NCBI GenBank assembly: GCA_030265395.1
Contig: JARFYF010000059.1
Location: 18,406,207-18,470,206 of the forward strand
Length of the DNA stretch: 64,000 nucleotides
DNA from: Rhina ancylostomus
Taxonomy: Eukaryota
Direction of reading: 5' to 3'
Shown here: piece after piece, positions 30,971-47,132 of the stretch
How the letters are laid out: each line of letters opens with the position of its first letter
How positions within the stretch are numbered: the stretch's first letter is position 1
The notes under the pieces: generated by a model
Told to the model about the DNA's origin: nothing
Seen by the model: only the letters and a program-made list of their open reading frames with translations
Database searches by the model: none
Translations under genes and position numbers: made by a program

Positions 30971-31845
30971 CTACAGTACAGAGGCTGGATAAGATTCGAA
31001 GCTTGCATTCCCTTACTGAACATATCACCCACAGACGGAACCTCTGACATGACCCACTGTCCAGATTTTGTAACTGGCTGCCTTTATGCTCAAGGAAGGC
31101 AGCCTGGAGAGGTTTGACTTTACAATTTCCCCTGCCCAAGAGAATGTTCCTGACCTCTCACCAAAGGCAGGGTTAGCTCATCAGCAAGCTGAGGTAACAA
31201 ATAGTCCCCGACTGCAGCCAGGCAAGCAGTGATAGACCAACCTCACAAATCTCACTGGCCCAGAGTCATATAGATGTTAAAGCTCCTAAAGAACATTGGT
31301 CAGCCAGCTTCATGGTGACATTTACCTAAGCTCTTTTTCTAGTGTTTCCACATTGGATTCACAAAGCACTCACCATTCCATATACAGCTTCTCTCAGCCC
31401 CATTCCCACCCTGGTCTAAACACCATCAAGTGAGCAAGACCAATTAAAATGACCTTATTTATAAATATCCTTGTTCTCAGGGATCTGAAGAAATGGGTGA
31501 TGTTAGTCAGACCGCCCCAATTGTCCATCATTAACTGCTTGCTCTGTGCCCTGAAGCACGAGAGTTGACCAAGTACTGCTGAACTGGAGTCACGTGTAGG
31601 GCACAGTGAGCAAGTTCCTTTTTACAAATATTGACAAAGCAATTGAAGTATTAAAACCAAACTTGGCACTCTTCATGGTCAGTTTCTCAGGTTCCAATTT
31701 GTCAAAATTACCCCATCCAATTCCAGACAGATCAGAACTCTGGGTTCCTCACCTGCAGTAACTCCTGATCACAGTATCACATTTTACAGAATTATTTCAA
31801 AAGTTTAAAAAAAATAATATAAGTAATCCCCTAAAGTTTTATCTA

Positions 31846-32199
<354 letters not shown>

Positions 32200-33779
32200 T
32201 CAGGAGTCCGTTGATGTGAATTGAAATGAGGAACATCAGTCAGAAAGGTCAAGGGCAGAAACTGTTGAGTTTTAGCCAAGGCAGCTGAAGGCGCATTGGC
32301 TAAAGGTGCAGCAATTAACTTCAGGATTAACGCAAGGCTGAAAATGAAAAGCACTAGGACCTTGGACAGACTCAAGGGAAAATTAATTCAGTTTTACTTT
32401 ACTCACTGGCCTTTTTGACCCTCAAACCTTGTCAGGGCACATTTCTGGACCTTGGAGGAAGCACATGAAGGAGTACAGGAACAGGCCAGTCAAACCTTCA
32501 AGAGCTGATTACTGGAGAATGGGAGGAGGACATTCAACCCAGTGAGCCTCTTCTGTCATTCACAAAGTTTGTTGCTGATCTGCATCTGCTTAAACCCAGC
32601 CAGTAGCCTTGATTCCGCAAATTTTAACTTCCTAACCCAACAATACACCAGCCACCTCAGCTCTTGAAAGTTTTAGAGTCATGGAGTCATACATCACAGA
32701 GGTGGGCCCTTTGGCCCATCATGTCCATGCTGATCATGCTGTCTATCTACACTAATCCCATTTGCCCACATTATGTCTGTATCCCTCTATGCCTTGCCTG
32801 TTTAAGTATCTGTCTAAAGGTCTCTTAATCATAGTAATTTTATCTGATTCCACCACCTCCTCTGGCAGCACATTCCAGATATCAACCACTCTGTGAGTAA
32901 TAAAAAAATGTACCCCACAGATCCCCTTTAATACTTCTTCCTCTCACCTTTAACCTATGCCCTTTTGTTTTTGATACCTGAAAGCACACTGAAAAGAAGA
33001 GTCACATCTCAATTTGCACTTTGGGTAATTCATTCCCACTTGTTATACAAAATAAAATTCACTGCACTTGCAGGAGGTCCAAAACAAAAACAGAAAATGC
33101 TGGGAACACTCTGGCAAATCTGTGGGAAAAAAATAGAGTTAGTGTTTTAGGTTGTCAGAACTGGGCAGGTGGTAAAACAAATTAGTACTTGGGTGCAGAG
33201 AAGGTGGCGCAGGGATAACCAGGGCACAGGGAACATCTGCAGTAGGGTGAGGCCAAGATTGCTCAGGGGATAAGTTGTGACCCTGGCCTCAGCCAATCAC
33301 AGATGTTTCCTTTATCCTTCACCCACCTTCTCTGCAACTAATAGATTTTCCCTTTCCCAGTTCTGACAAAGGGTTTTTGAAACCTAAAATGTTAACTCTT
33401 TTTCTCTTTCAACGAATGCTGCCTGACCTGCTGAGAGTTTCCCACTTGCTGTGTCCTCACCAACTAATGGAAACTAGTGATGCTTTTCATCAACACCCTT
33501 CATAATTGCAAGCTTCACCAAGTCTCTCACTAACCTTCCTTGTTTGTAGACACAGACCTTTTTCTTTCATATCTCTTCTCACGCGATCACATTGTCTGGA
33601 TCGTGATACGGATCCCTTTTGCAATATCTCTGGACGTCCTTCCCAAAGTAAAGCAGCCCAGCAGCGAAAGCAGTATTCTAACTGTGGCCCAGGAACAGAG
33701 TCTGGCTGCTGTTGTTTTATCACTGGAATCAACTCATCCAGGGGGAGTTTTCAATCTCATCAGACCTGGGGCTGCCTCA

Positions 33780-34007
<228 letters not shown>

Positions 34008-34499
34008 TCAGTCAAAAACCAGATACTTATTCACAGCAGGACACCACGACCCCAAACTCTCACCCATCACCCACATGGAACCTACCCTATTGTTTTCAAA
34101 TCTTTTACTAACAGCGAAATCCCTCCATAACCTTAGCACTGCAATCTCTGTTGAAATATGGTTAATGCAGCAAACCTGCACACAGCAGGATCCCACAAAA
34201 CAGCAAAGAGATAACTTACTAATTGACCTGCACTGAGCTCTGAGGCATGGGTTAAGAACTGGGTAGAACACAAGGGGGCACTGCTCTGCTTTCCTTCCAG
34301 TGATGCCTTGGGACCTTTCATGTCCATTGAAGGTAAATGGGACTTCAGTTTAAAAGCTAATGCTTAAGATGCAGCACTGCTGGGAACATCTGGATTACAT
34401 GCTCAGGGTGGGCTCAAACATAAGCGTTGACAACTAAACTGACAGCCTAGTGAGGGATTTATCATTTTAGCTGCTTGAGAGCAGGGAGAAAGGAACCTA

Positions 34500-34655
<156 letters not shown>

Positions 34656-36083
34656 TCAATACCAGCAAGGCAGCAACACCATTAACACAGGTTCCAGAGA
34701 GCAGAATGCTAATTAATGAGCCTGATCACACAGAGTCAGATCCCATGCTTGGCTGTCCACCACAGAGTGGAACCTTCACACCTTTGTCCAAAGCCACACT
34801 TCCCTGCTTGAAGCAAATCAATGTTATTAATAATAATTCCCAGGATGTTGCATCAAGACTGACATTTATTTTCCAGAATAGCAGCATCCTGATCCAACCA
34901 AGTGACATGCTAGAGGGAAGTTAATTGTCAACCAAATTGTTGTGTGACTAGAGTTACATATAGACGAGAGATCCATAATGGGCAAGGACAATAGGTTTCT
35001 TTCCCAGTAATGAACCAATTGTTTCTTTCAGGACAATCCAGTACATTGTTATCGATATCAAACTCTTGAGAGCCAAATCCTAAACAGTTGGTGCCCTGGT
35101 GGGATATGGATTTATGTTTTCTGGATTACCTGACCGATATTAGAACCATTACACCTCTCCCTCTATATTACACAAATAGCAAATACCTCAATGCAAACTG
35201 TGTGATAAGGTCAGTCAGACTGCTTTACAAAGAGACTGCAGATGCTGGAATCTGGAGAAAAAACAAACTGCTGGAGGAATACAGCAGATCAGACAGCATC
35301 TGTGGAGCATCATGGACAGTCGATGTTTCAGATCAAGACCCTGCATCAGACTTGCTGTGCTGATCTGCTGGTACCTTTGTCCTGAACTGGGAACAACTCA
35401 AGCATCTTAGTGCGTTCACTGTGAAAGGTCAGAAATTCACTCCCTCCCACAGTCACTGCTGACAAAACCAACCCAGTGGGGTGAAATTTTTCAGCCTCTA
35501 TGCAACTATATTCTACAGCTTAATTGATCCTAAATGTACAAACTGGATTCCCCTGAGTTGCACAAAGCAGAAAAAAACCATCACTGTAAACCAGGCAAAA
35601 TGTGGGATTAAGGTGGGGGGTGGGGTAAAGACTGCTAGGCTTCTGATGATGCCTACTTAATAGCCATTCAAGTTGGTTTCCAGAGGCTGCACAGTTCCTG
35701 TTGAATTTGTTGCTGTACCTCAAGCTGTGCAGCATTCCCTCACCACTGCACTACGAGTGTCAACCTGGATTATATGCCTCAATGATGAGAATATGCAACT
35801 TTAACTGGAGTAGTCAAAGGAACAAAATAATGTATTATGGGGAATCTAAATACATACACAAAGGAATAGAGAAGTGCACATTGATATCTTGATATGAAGT
35901 AATTTGGAAGGAGTCACATATGAAGCAAACATTTCAGTAGGGACTGGATGACATGTATTGTAATTCTCTGAAGTTGATCTGAATGCACCATCTTTTACTT
36001 CAAAGATAATTATGTGAACTGACATGTAGTTAGAGATTGTAACACTGTTCACCCACTGGAAGGAAATCTTTGCTGCACTTTCA

Positions 36084-36529
<446 letters not shown>

Positions 36530-37495
36530 TCACTGCTACCCCATGTGTCCAGCGCTGGTGTTTGTCTGCATTAAGACTCAGCAAGTCTCTCAAACTAGTA
36601 CTACCATGCCCTGATACCCCTCCTTATGCCTCTTCACTCAAACACGAATTCCAGTTCTACCACTGCCTATGCGCTCCTTCCCCACAACATCTAAACACCT
36701 GGGTAACACCGGTGCACCACCAGTGCACCAGACCCTGAGCAGCAGTGACCAGTGCAGCAAGCCCTGAATCCCAGCAAGGAGAAATAGAATTTGCTCCTTA
36801 GCTCAGCAGATGAAGGGCATATCCACTGACCATTGTAACAGGTGAGGGTTTCAGGTCCTACATCAAGTCTGCGCCCATTAGTGGGTCTGAGGTCACCAGC
36901 TATTCCTACCACCATCTAGCTGCTTTTTCTGACTCTGTCAGATAAGGATCTCCATTGAAACTGGTCCACTCTTCTCAACATGGACCTCCATGACTGAATA
37001 GGCTAGGCATTAACTGGGATCATACATGGAAAGAGGCCACTTGGGTCAGAGTCAACATCCTCGGGACAGGAAAGAATTTTTAATTAAGATGTCAATCCTG
37101 ACGTAGTTGGAGGCAAGTGTACAGAAGGTTGTCCGTTCAAATCTCCATGCCAGAGACTCAAAAACTTATGCCACAGTGCAGAACTGAGGCAATGCTGCAC
37201 TGTCACACATGCTGTCTTCAGATGAGATGTTAAAAAAGGTTCTTTCAACAATTTGACCTTCAAGCCAATTCAAAGAAGAGTGATAATTTTCCCCTGATGT
37301 GCCATGCCAATATTTTTCCCCCTCAGTGATCACCAAAACAGGTTATTTGGTCACCATCACACTACCTACCATGTGTGGGAGCTTGCTATGCACAATCTGA
37401 CTGTGGACATCCTATGACGCAAGGCACTGTTGGCCACTTGATTATTTTCCTTTCAGTGAAAATGAGAGATGTAAATTTTGAAATAATGAAACTTA

Positions 37496-37714
<219 letters not shown>

Positions 37715-38084
37715 TTATACTTACGTCATGGGACTGTAGTGCTTTCCTTTTATATATTTAACCAATTCCTTTTTGAAAGTTATCACTGAATCTGCTTGCA
37801 CTGCAGATTACAGCAACTCAGAATAAAAAAAAGTTCTTTCTCAATTAAACCTCCGGTTCTTTAGCCATTTACCTCAAATCTGTGTTCTGGTCAAGGACTC
37901 TTCTGTAGTGGAACCAGTTTCCCTCTATATACTTAATAAAAACTTCATAATTCTGAATATCTATGTTAGCTTTTCTGCTCCAAGATTAAAACAACCATAC
38001 TTCTCTAGACTCTTCATGTCATAGCTCCAGAGATCAATTGCTGCACTCTTTGAACAGTTATTATTACAGGTTGGTGTTTGGGGG

Positions 38085-38535
38085 TATCATACAGTACAGA
38101 AACAGAACCTTTGGCCCAACTCATCCATGCTGACCCTAGTTGTCTACTTGAGCTAGTCCCATTTCCCACGTTTGGCCCACGTCCCTCTAAACCTTTCCTA
38201 TCCATGAACCTGTCTAAATGTTTTTTAAACATTGTAATTCTACCCGCCTCTACCACTTCCTCTAGCAGATCATTCATAATCTCACCACCCTCTGTGTGGA
38301 AAATATGTCCCTCAAATCTTTCCCCTCTGACCTCAAAACCTATGCCCTCTAGTTTTGGAGTCCCCACCCTGGGAACTCTCCATGCTCCTCATGATTTCAT
38401 AAACCTCGATAAAGTCACCCTTCAGCCTCCTTTGCTCCAGAAATCCAGTCTTTCCTCTTAACTCAAGCCCTCCCGTCCTGCAACAACCTTGTGACTCCTT
38501 TCTGCACCCTCTCTAGCTGAATCACATCCTTTCCA
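38085..38535 (-). mobile_element. CR1 LINE 3' fragment
   Basis: Reverse-strand ORF2 tail (EVVEAGRITMFKKHLDRFMDRKGLEG) plus 3'UTR. Confidence 0.8.
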
Positions 38536-39808
38536 GGGAGTGTGTGGGGGCAAGGAAGAGAGGAGGGGAAGGGGGTTGCCACTGCTATTCCCTAAAGTGG
38601 ATGCTTACAGGAAATGAGTGAAAGGATCTTGGTTCCTGTGAGCATTAACGTAGCAGGGCTCCTACTGAAGCATTTGTTAAGCTTTACACAAATATTTGCA
38701 GTTCAAGAGCTCCAGTGAAGTATACAAAGAGAGGCGGGAGGATCCTCTGTGCATCTCAATGAAGCATTAGAGACTCTGTAGCCGAGGATCTTTGTGCTTG
38801 AGGAGCATTTCTTCTACTCAAATCTTCTTGTGATAGAAGCCAAACATTTGATTTCTTAAGCACCCGTCTGTTAAATTTCAGTAATTCATGTAAAGGGGCA
38901 TCCTGTTCCCTTTCATCATTTAAAAAAATATTCTATTTTTTCTATCAAAGTGGATGACCTCACATTGTCTTCCATCTGCCACGTCTTTGCCATTCACGTA
39001 AACTGTTGATATTACCCTCGTGGAGACACAAGAAATTCTGTCGATGCTGGAATCTGGAGCAACACACAAGTGCTGGAGGAACTCAGCGGGTCAGGCAGCA
39101 CCCATGGAGGGAAATAAACAGTCAACATTTCGGGCTGAGACCCTTCATCAGGACTCAAGCATCTCTGCATTTTCCTCACAGCCCACACCGCCAACCAGTT
39201 TCATACCAGCAGCAAACTTGGATCACCTCAAAAATTATTGACATAATTGTGAACAGCTGGGGTCCCAGCACAGATTCTTGCAGCACATCAGCAGTAACAA
39301 CCTTCCAACTCAAAAATGACCAGTTTATTTCTGCTCTGTTTTCAGCCCAATAATCAATACTCATTCCAGGTCAGTATATTACCTCAATAACATGAATTCT
39401 TAACTTTGTTTAATAATCATGTGGTAATGATTTAACCATCACTGGATTTTCTCCAAGTCCAAATCCACCACATTCAATGGTTTGCCCTTATCTATTTTGT
39501 TCTCGACCTTAAACATTCTCTAACACATTTGTCAAATATGAATTCCCTTTCATAACTTGATTTTTCCCAGTCCTATCATCATTTTACCACTTCCTTCATA
39601 ACGCAACACCCACAAGAGACTTTGGCTAGAGTCAAGAATTCCCAGCTACTCAAACTACCCACACATTATTGGTTTTGGGCAAGATTTGGGGCAGCAATTG
39701 GAGAAGCTGTGTAAACAGAGCATGTAACAAGTGACACAAATGAGAGTAATGGGAGATTCTACAGGCAAATACAATGATAAAGATTCTTTGGAGTAGCAAG
39801 TGGAAATC

Positions 39809-40534
39809 TGTAATGTGAAAGGTCATGGCTGTCATGTGGCACCAGAGAGTACTAGTCGAAAGTGACACCACTATCAATCAGGGTCCAGCTCCACCCTGCC
39901 ATTAGCAGCACACGCCTGACCATTGGTCTCTGTGCACACCTCTCATAACTTGCCATGACCCATTGGACTTGTTGAATTACCTGAGCTAGCTCCACCCAGC
40001 TCTCCAGCACTATAAAGGATGCCACATGNNNNNNNNNNNNNNNNNNNNNNNNNNNNNNNNNNNNNNNNNNNNNNNNNNNNNNNNNNNNNNNNNNNNNNNN
40101 NNNNNNNNNNNNNNNNNNNNNNNNNNNNGTGGCTCTTCCTCTCTTTTGATGGTCGAAACCATGTCAAGGGACCACACGCAAGACTGTGCACGTCCACAGG
40201 GGTTTAGGGACATTTTTAAGTAGATTCCCAGTAGCATAGAGCCGTTGCTTGTCCAGAGGCAGGGGGTACAGGCACCGTTTTGCGTTTTTCCTGACCGCTT
40301 GTAACTAGTTTACTGTGTGTGTGTGTGTGTGTGTGTATATATACACTTCGCCCCCATTGCAACTCCCCTCATATTTTGTGATTACCCGAGTGCGTGCGTG
40401 TGAGTGAGTGTGCATCCATTCCCGTTCATTCTGTTCCCTTGTTGGTCTTTGCAAATAAAGTCTTTTTAAAATCTAAAGACTGTGTCTGGATTCCTCTGCC
40501 TTTGAGACCCAAAAGAACCTTTTCCCCCACAACA
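39809..40534 (+). mobile_element. Solo LTR with 5-bp target-site duplication
   Basis: Starts TGTAATGTGAAAGG, ends CCTTTTCCCCCACAACA. Flanked by AAATC at 39804-39808 and 40535-40539. TATAAA at 40011, AATAAA at 40454. Confidence 0.8.
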
Positions 40535-40890
40535 AAATCCCAGATAACTGGTGACCAGATCAAGGCAATCACAGAATGGACAGAACTCACCCTTTTGAGA
40601 GCAGCCAAATCATTGCTGGGTTTGGAACCAGCGAGATACATAGTGGGAATTTAGGAGCCGATTGAGAAAACATTTCTTGGACCACACTCCAGATTGGATC
40701 CTTCTCCACATATGGGACCATTCAGGAACAGACAGCTGGAGTGGTGGTACAGAAGAGGCAGAGTGGGTGGAGTTTGGAGGAACGTTCATTGTAATGTCAG
40801 ACAATGCATGGGCAAAGATTAAGTCCTCTGGATAAGGAATCAATTAAAAATTACCACTCCATCAGAAGGAGAGGATATTATTTTTGTATA

Positions 40891-41794
40891 TAGTAAACTC
40901 TCATTCATCCAGTATTTATGCATCCAGAATTCTCATACAACCAACAAAAAATCTGAAGCACTTTGACAAGGATGCTCCTATTGTAGTGACATTAAATACT
41001 GCTGAAATCATAGAAAATGTTTTGAATCACAACAACCCTAAAGAAAGCAATGATGAAGGGGAGACAGGAAAAAATCTCTTGGAAATTTGCTGCTGAAGGG
41101 TTCAAAAATGCCTTGAAACTTGTTGAGCAACAAAATTGCTTCATTCACACTTTTTGCACAAGGCAGGCACAGAAGCAAGCAGAATAAGGGAACTGTTCAA
41201 GAAGGTCAGTAAGCCTAAATCTCCTAAGCCTTTGACTTCAATTTGTGAAAGTTCTGTTGAACTTGAGGAAATGCTGTTAGAGTATCCAGAACACAGTGAA
41301 TAAATTGCACTGCCCTTTGGACATTTAGAATTAAGTGATTTAGTTTAAGTGGGCTAGGCTCGGCTAGTAACAGTCTATGCATAGCCTACATAAAATTGGC
41401 TTGGTTTTTATGAAAATCAACTACAATTTTATTTCAAATGATATGCAAAATAAGTGTGAAAAGACATTTTTAGTTTATTTATGTTTATACACAAGGGCAG
41501 TGCTGTTGTTGGCTGATTTGTAGCAACAGACAATTTGGCACTTCATGTGATGGTGAGTACAGTCATTCATTTATGTTTCCTGTATTTCACATCAATATTC
41601 TTTGGCCTTAAAGTACAGAACTGCAGAGTAAACTATTGTTATTTATAAGGGTAAGGAGATGACATATAGTTCAGCAATTTATTTAAAGGTTTAGGCGTAG
41701 AATACCAGTGTGATGTGCAGTAATTTTTTTTTGAGCAATTCTCATGCAGCCAGACCCCCATTCCTCATGGATGCCGGATGATGACAGTATACTG
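40891..41794 (+). mobile_element. Tc1/mariner (Tigger/pogo-like) DNA transposon remnant
   Basis: Imperfect TIRs (tagtaaactctcattcatccag / ccggatgatgacagtatactg) flanked by TA. The internal remnant DKDAPIVVTLNTAEIIENVL..ESNDEGE resembles a pogo transposase C-terminus. Confidence 0.65.
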
Positions 41795-42069
41795 TACAAG
41801 CGCTGCATTAAAGGAAACTTTCACAAGCACTGGAACAGGAAGGTAAAGCACGACAGGGAGAGTAGGATTAGTTTTAGATTGTACCAGCAAAACGCCTACA
41901 TTGAAATGCTGAGCTGAATGACCACTAGAGGCTGACAACCTTTATACTTCGACAATCCTCTATTAGCAGTCATCTATTTAATTATCAAGCTAATCATTAC
42001 TTCTACATTCCTCTCAATTCTCCAACTATACAGTATATGGATTTCAAGGACATCAGACACCATTCTTCA

Positions 42070-42402
<333 letters not shown>

Positions 42403-43121
42403 TCACTCGGGCAATAAGACAGGCCCAGGGTACACAAATCAAAACAAGCCAACAAGAGCAGTAAATTCACAGTACATTACAGTGGGGGGGTTTCTCCCAT
42501 TGAGATCACCAAGTAAATCCTCCTCATTTTCAGCCCCCATACTCAATTAGACCCAGTAAGGATAAAGGATATATCATTACCTTCCCCACCTCCTTCCTTC
42601 CCCCTGAAAACACACATAATTCAATGGTTCCCCCTTAAATTCCTCATCCAGATGGGCAATTTTCACAAGCCTAGACTTTGAGGTCCAGCAGGCTATTTGG
42701 TCACACAGTGCATCACAGTTTGGATTCAGTTCTGTCCTTCCCAGCACAGGTCACTTGACTACAATTAAGAGACAGAGCCCCAAAATATTTTTCCTGTCCT
42801 TGCCCATGGGCACTGAGCCCATAACACTGCTAAATCTCATATCCCAGCAAACATTAGTCATTTAACCAGAGATTAACTACATACTGCAACTGATTTACCA
42901 AGGCCATAAAAAGATGTTCACATTCAAANNNNNNNNNNNNNNNNNNNNNNACGACAAGGCAGTTCACTAGATTAGCATTCTATCCGCCACGTTAAAAATT
43001 CATTCACTTCACCAGCTGGGCACCACGGCTGCAGTGTGTACCAACTTCAAAGTACAGTGCAGCAATTCACCAAATCTCCCAATCTTCAAACAGAAACCAT
43101 TGGGAACACACAACTATCAGA

Positions 43122-43295
43122 GAGACACAAGAGACTACAAATGCTGGAATCTGGAGCAACAAACAATTTGCTGGAGGAACTCAACAAGTTGAGGAGCATC
43201 TGTGGGAGGAAAAGAATGGTCTTTTCCTTTTCAATTCCCTTCCACCCATAGATGCTGCTCGACCCATCAAGTTCCTCCAGCAGATAGTTTGTTGC
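43122..43295. mobile_element. Self-complementary short interspersed element (gctggaatctggagc..ctgctggaggaactc family); further copies at ~16951, 33080-33440, 35231, 39020, 46070, 47605, 62501
   Basis: The same core occurs in both orientations and many copies are foldback structures; family assignment (possibly Penelope-derived) is uncertain. Confidence 0.7.
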
Positions 43296-43460
43296 ACCAC
43301 CACCAGGTTCATTACCAAGTCCAACACCAACCTCAGATGCATATCAGTTGTTCCTTTAGTCACTGAGTCCAAATCCTGAACCTCCTAACCTTACAGAGTG
43401 GTGGGAACATCATCACCACAGGAGCTCATGGTTCAAGGGCAGAGGCTTGCCACCTTCTCA

Positions 43461-43745
<285 letters not shown>

Positions 43746-43934
43746 CTAGTAAGAATAAGGCAGAGGTAGATATACAATTGAAAAACAACAGGGTGAAAGT
43801 TTACCACAGACAGAAGGGGATGTGGACAGCAGCTACAGTTAGACCAGCAGGGGCCTATACCTGTGCCTAATTCTTAAAATCATGTTAATTTGTACAATTC
43901 ACCCATCCTGTTAAATCTTATCATTGTGTCTGTA

Positions 43935-44350
43935 ATAAGACCACAAGATATTGGAGTAAAATTAGGCCATTCAGCCCATCGAGTCTGCTCTATTCAATCA
44001 TGGCCAATTTCTTTCTCCTCACCCCATTCTCCCCGTAATCCCTAACCTATCAATCTCTGCCTTAAATACACCCAATGACTTGGCCTCCACAGTCCTCTGT
44101 AGCAACAAATTCCACAGATTCGCCACCCTCTGGTTGAAGGAATTCCTCTTCATCTCAGTTCTAAAAGGGATGTCCCTTTATTCTGAGGCTGTGCCCTCAG
44201 ATCCTCGACTTTCCTACTAATGGAAACATCCTCTTCACATCCACTCTATCCAGGCCTTTCAGTATTTGTTAGGTTTCAATGAGATCCCCCACCTCATCCT
44301 TCTGAGCTCCACTGAGTACAGGCCAGTACCCTTTCATTCCTGGGATCATA
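43935..44350 (-). mobile_element. CR1 LINE 3' fragment
   Basis: ataagaccacaagatattggagtaaaattaggccattcagcccatcgag 3'-end signature and decayed ORF2 tail. Confidence 0.75.
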
Positions 44351-45008
44351 CTGCAGTGAACTGATTTACCAGGCATGTTGTCCATATGACATCAAAGACT
44401 GAAAAGATCCCAGACAAACATCAAGCAGCATTTGCTNNNNNNCAATATCCTGACTCTTAGGAATCAGAGCAGATCAAAAACCTCAAATTATACATTGAAT
44501 AATACTTAATGGAAACTTTTGTACAAGGCTACATGATTCAAGGAAATGTAGACCAATATAATAATAAAATTATATAAATCCCAAATTATTTCATCACAGC
44601 ACAGGAGGAACAAGTGATGCATACCGAGTTCAAACCAGAAGGTTCAGAAGAAAATTCTTGACAACCCATTAAACAGCTGGAATAGTCTAGAGACAATTCA
44701 GGGTTATTCAAAATACAAATTTAAACTATGATGGTTTGTAGCAAAGAGAGATTGTTGGGATATTTTTGGATATTGTTGAAGGTCAGGCTCCAAGAAAATG
44801 TCAGCATTCTGGGGGTGATGAGCTAAAACATCTGTCCAATTCACAAACTGAGAAGAATGTTTACACAGGTTCACCTGAACCTCACAATCTAGCCCCAAAT
44901 CTTAGATGCTCACTCAAGCCCCTGACTCCTGACTGCCTTAGCCTCTGTATCCCCAATGCTTGCACTCACCACCCACCTACATTCCCCATACCCCACCACC
45001 ACCTGTCA

Positions 45009-45381
<373 letters not shown>

Positions 45382-45702
45382 TCATTTGGAAAATAGGATC
45401 AGCAGAGTGTGTCAGCTTCAGCTACATTAACTGCATAACTAGTCCCAATCAGGCCTGATCTCCCAGTCAGGTGTTCCCCCAATCTGCCAATTCTCAAAGA
45501 CACACTGGTTTACAAGAAAGCTGACAGAATGCAGAGATTTTATTGTACCTAAACCTGGAAGTGTTTGTTACGATGTTGTAGAGGAAGCTACGATCTGTAT
45601 CAAAGTGAATCACTTTTGAAGTTTGGCTTGTAAGGTCCAGGACCTGAGAATGGGGCAGCCCCACCAGTGCTGAGGCCCTGTCCCAACCTCCTGTTCACTT
45701 AC

Positions 45703-45811
45703 ATCCACAACAGGCTGGCATGGGGGCGGGTCAAAGATCAACTCCCCAGCTTTCCGTCCTTTCTTGTTCAGTTTCCTCACTGGTCGTATGTCTTCACCCA
45801 TAATCAACTGC
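45703..45811 (-). CDS. CHD5: CHD5 exon (~exon 13)
   Basis: tgcag|QLIMGEDIRPVRKLNKKGRKAGELIFDPPPCQPVVD|gtaagt; 109 nt, phase 2-0. Confidence 0.88.
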
Positions 45812-46796
45812 CTGCAGAGAGNNNNNNNNNNNNNNNNNNNNNNNNNNNNNNNNNNNNNNNNNNNNNNNNNNNNNNNNNNNNNNNNNNNNNNNNNNNNNNN
45901 NNNNNNNNNNNNNNNNNNNNNNNNNNNNNNNNNNNNNNNNNNNNNNNNNNNNNNNNNNNNNNNNNNNNNNNNNNNNNNNNNNNNNNNNNNNNNNNNNNNN
46001 NNNNNNNNNNNNNNNNNNNNNNNNNNNNNNNNNNNNNNNNNNNNNNNNNNNNNNNNNNNNNNNNNNNCCCCCCCCCACATGCTGCTCGACCCACTGAGTT
46101 CCTCCTGCGGATTGTTCGGCACTCCAGATTCCAGCATCAGCAGTATCTGTGTCTCTACTGATCCATGTCTCTCCTCACTTTTTTTGTGTGGGCGATGCTT
46201 GCAAGCTTACATTTACACATACTAAAGCGAGAACAAACCTGTGGATTGAAGGCCAGTTTTAGACAGCGAAGGTCAGCTAAACATTGACAGTTCCTTCTTT
46301 TACACCACCTCCCTCTGCCACCGGGATAACAAATGCAAGATCACCCTCTACCACCCAGAATCACACATCACTTCATCTGGTAAATGCACGTGGAATTCCT
46401 GACCCAAGAGGGTTTTGGAAGCACCTTCACCACACAAACTATTCAAGCATTTCAAGTGGCAGATCACAAGTGCCTCCTCAACCAGGAATGGTCAACCCAC
46501 ACTGGTTTACCCTGCAACACTCACAACCCACCAACAGATTTAAGAAAGCAGATGCTGGGACTGGAGTTACACAAATATCTGACCAGGAATATGTGACAGG
46601 TTTCTGCATCTGAAGGACATTTGTGAATTAGTCAGACATTTACCGAAAAACTGCAGTCTTACAAGCCCATGGATTATCAGATTAATGAAATTCAGTTCAT
46701 GCCCGGAGTATCAAGGGGTTTTGCTTTGGGTTACCAGTTCATGCTATGCTTGGTGAGCAGTGTTTGGTTGTACTAAACTAATTAATGAGTTCACTA

Positions 46797-47132
<336 letters not shown>

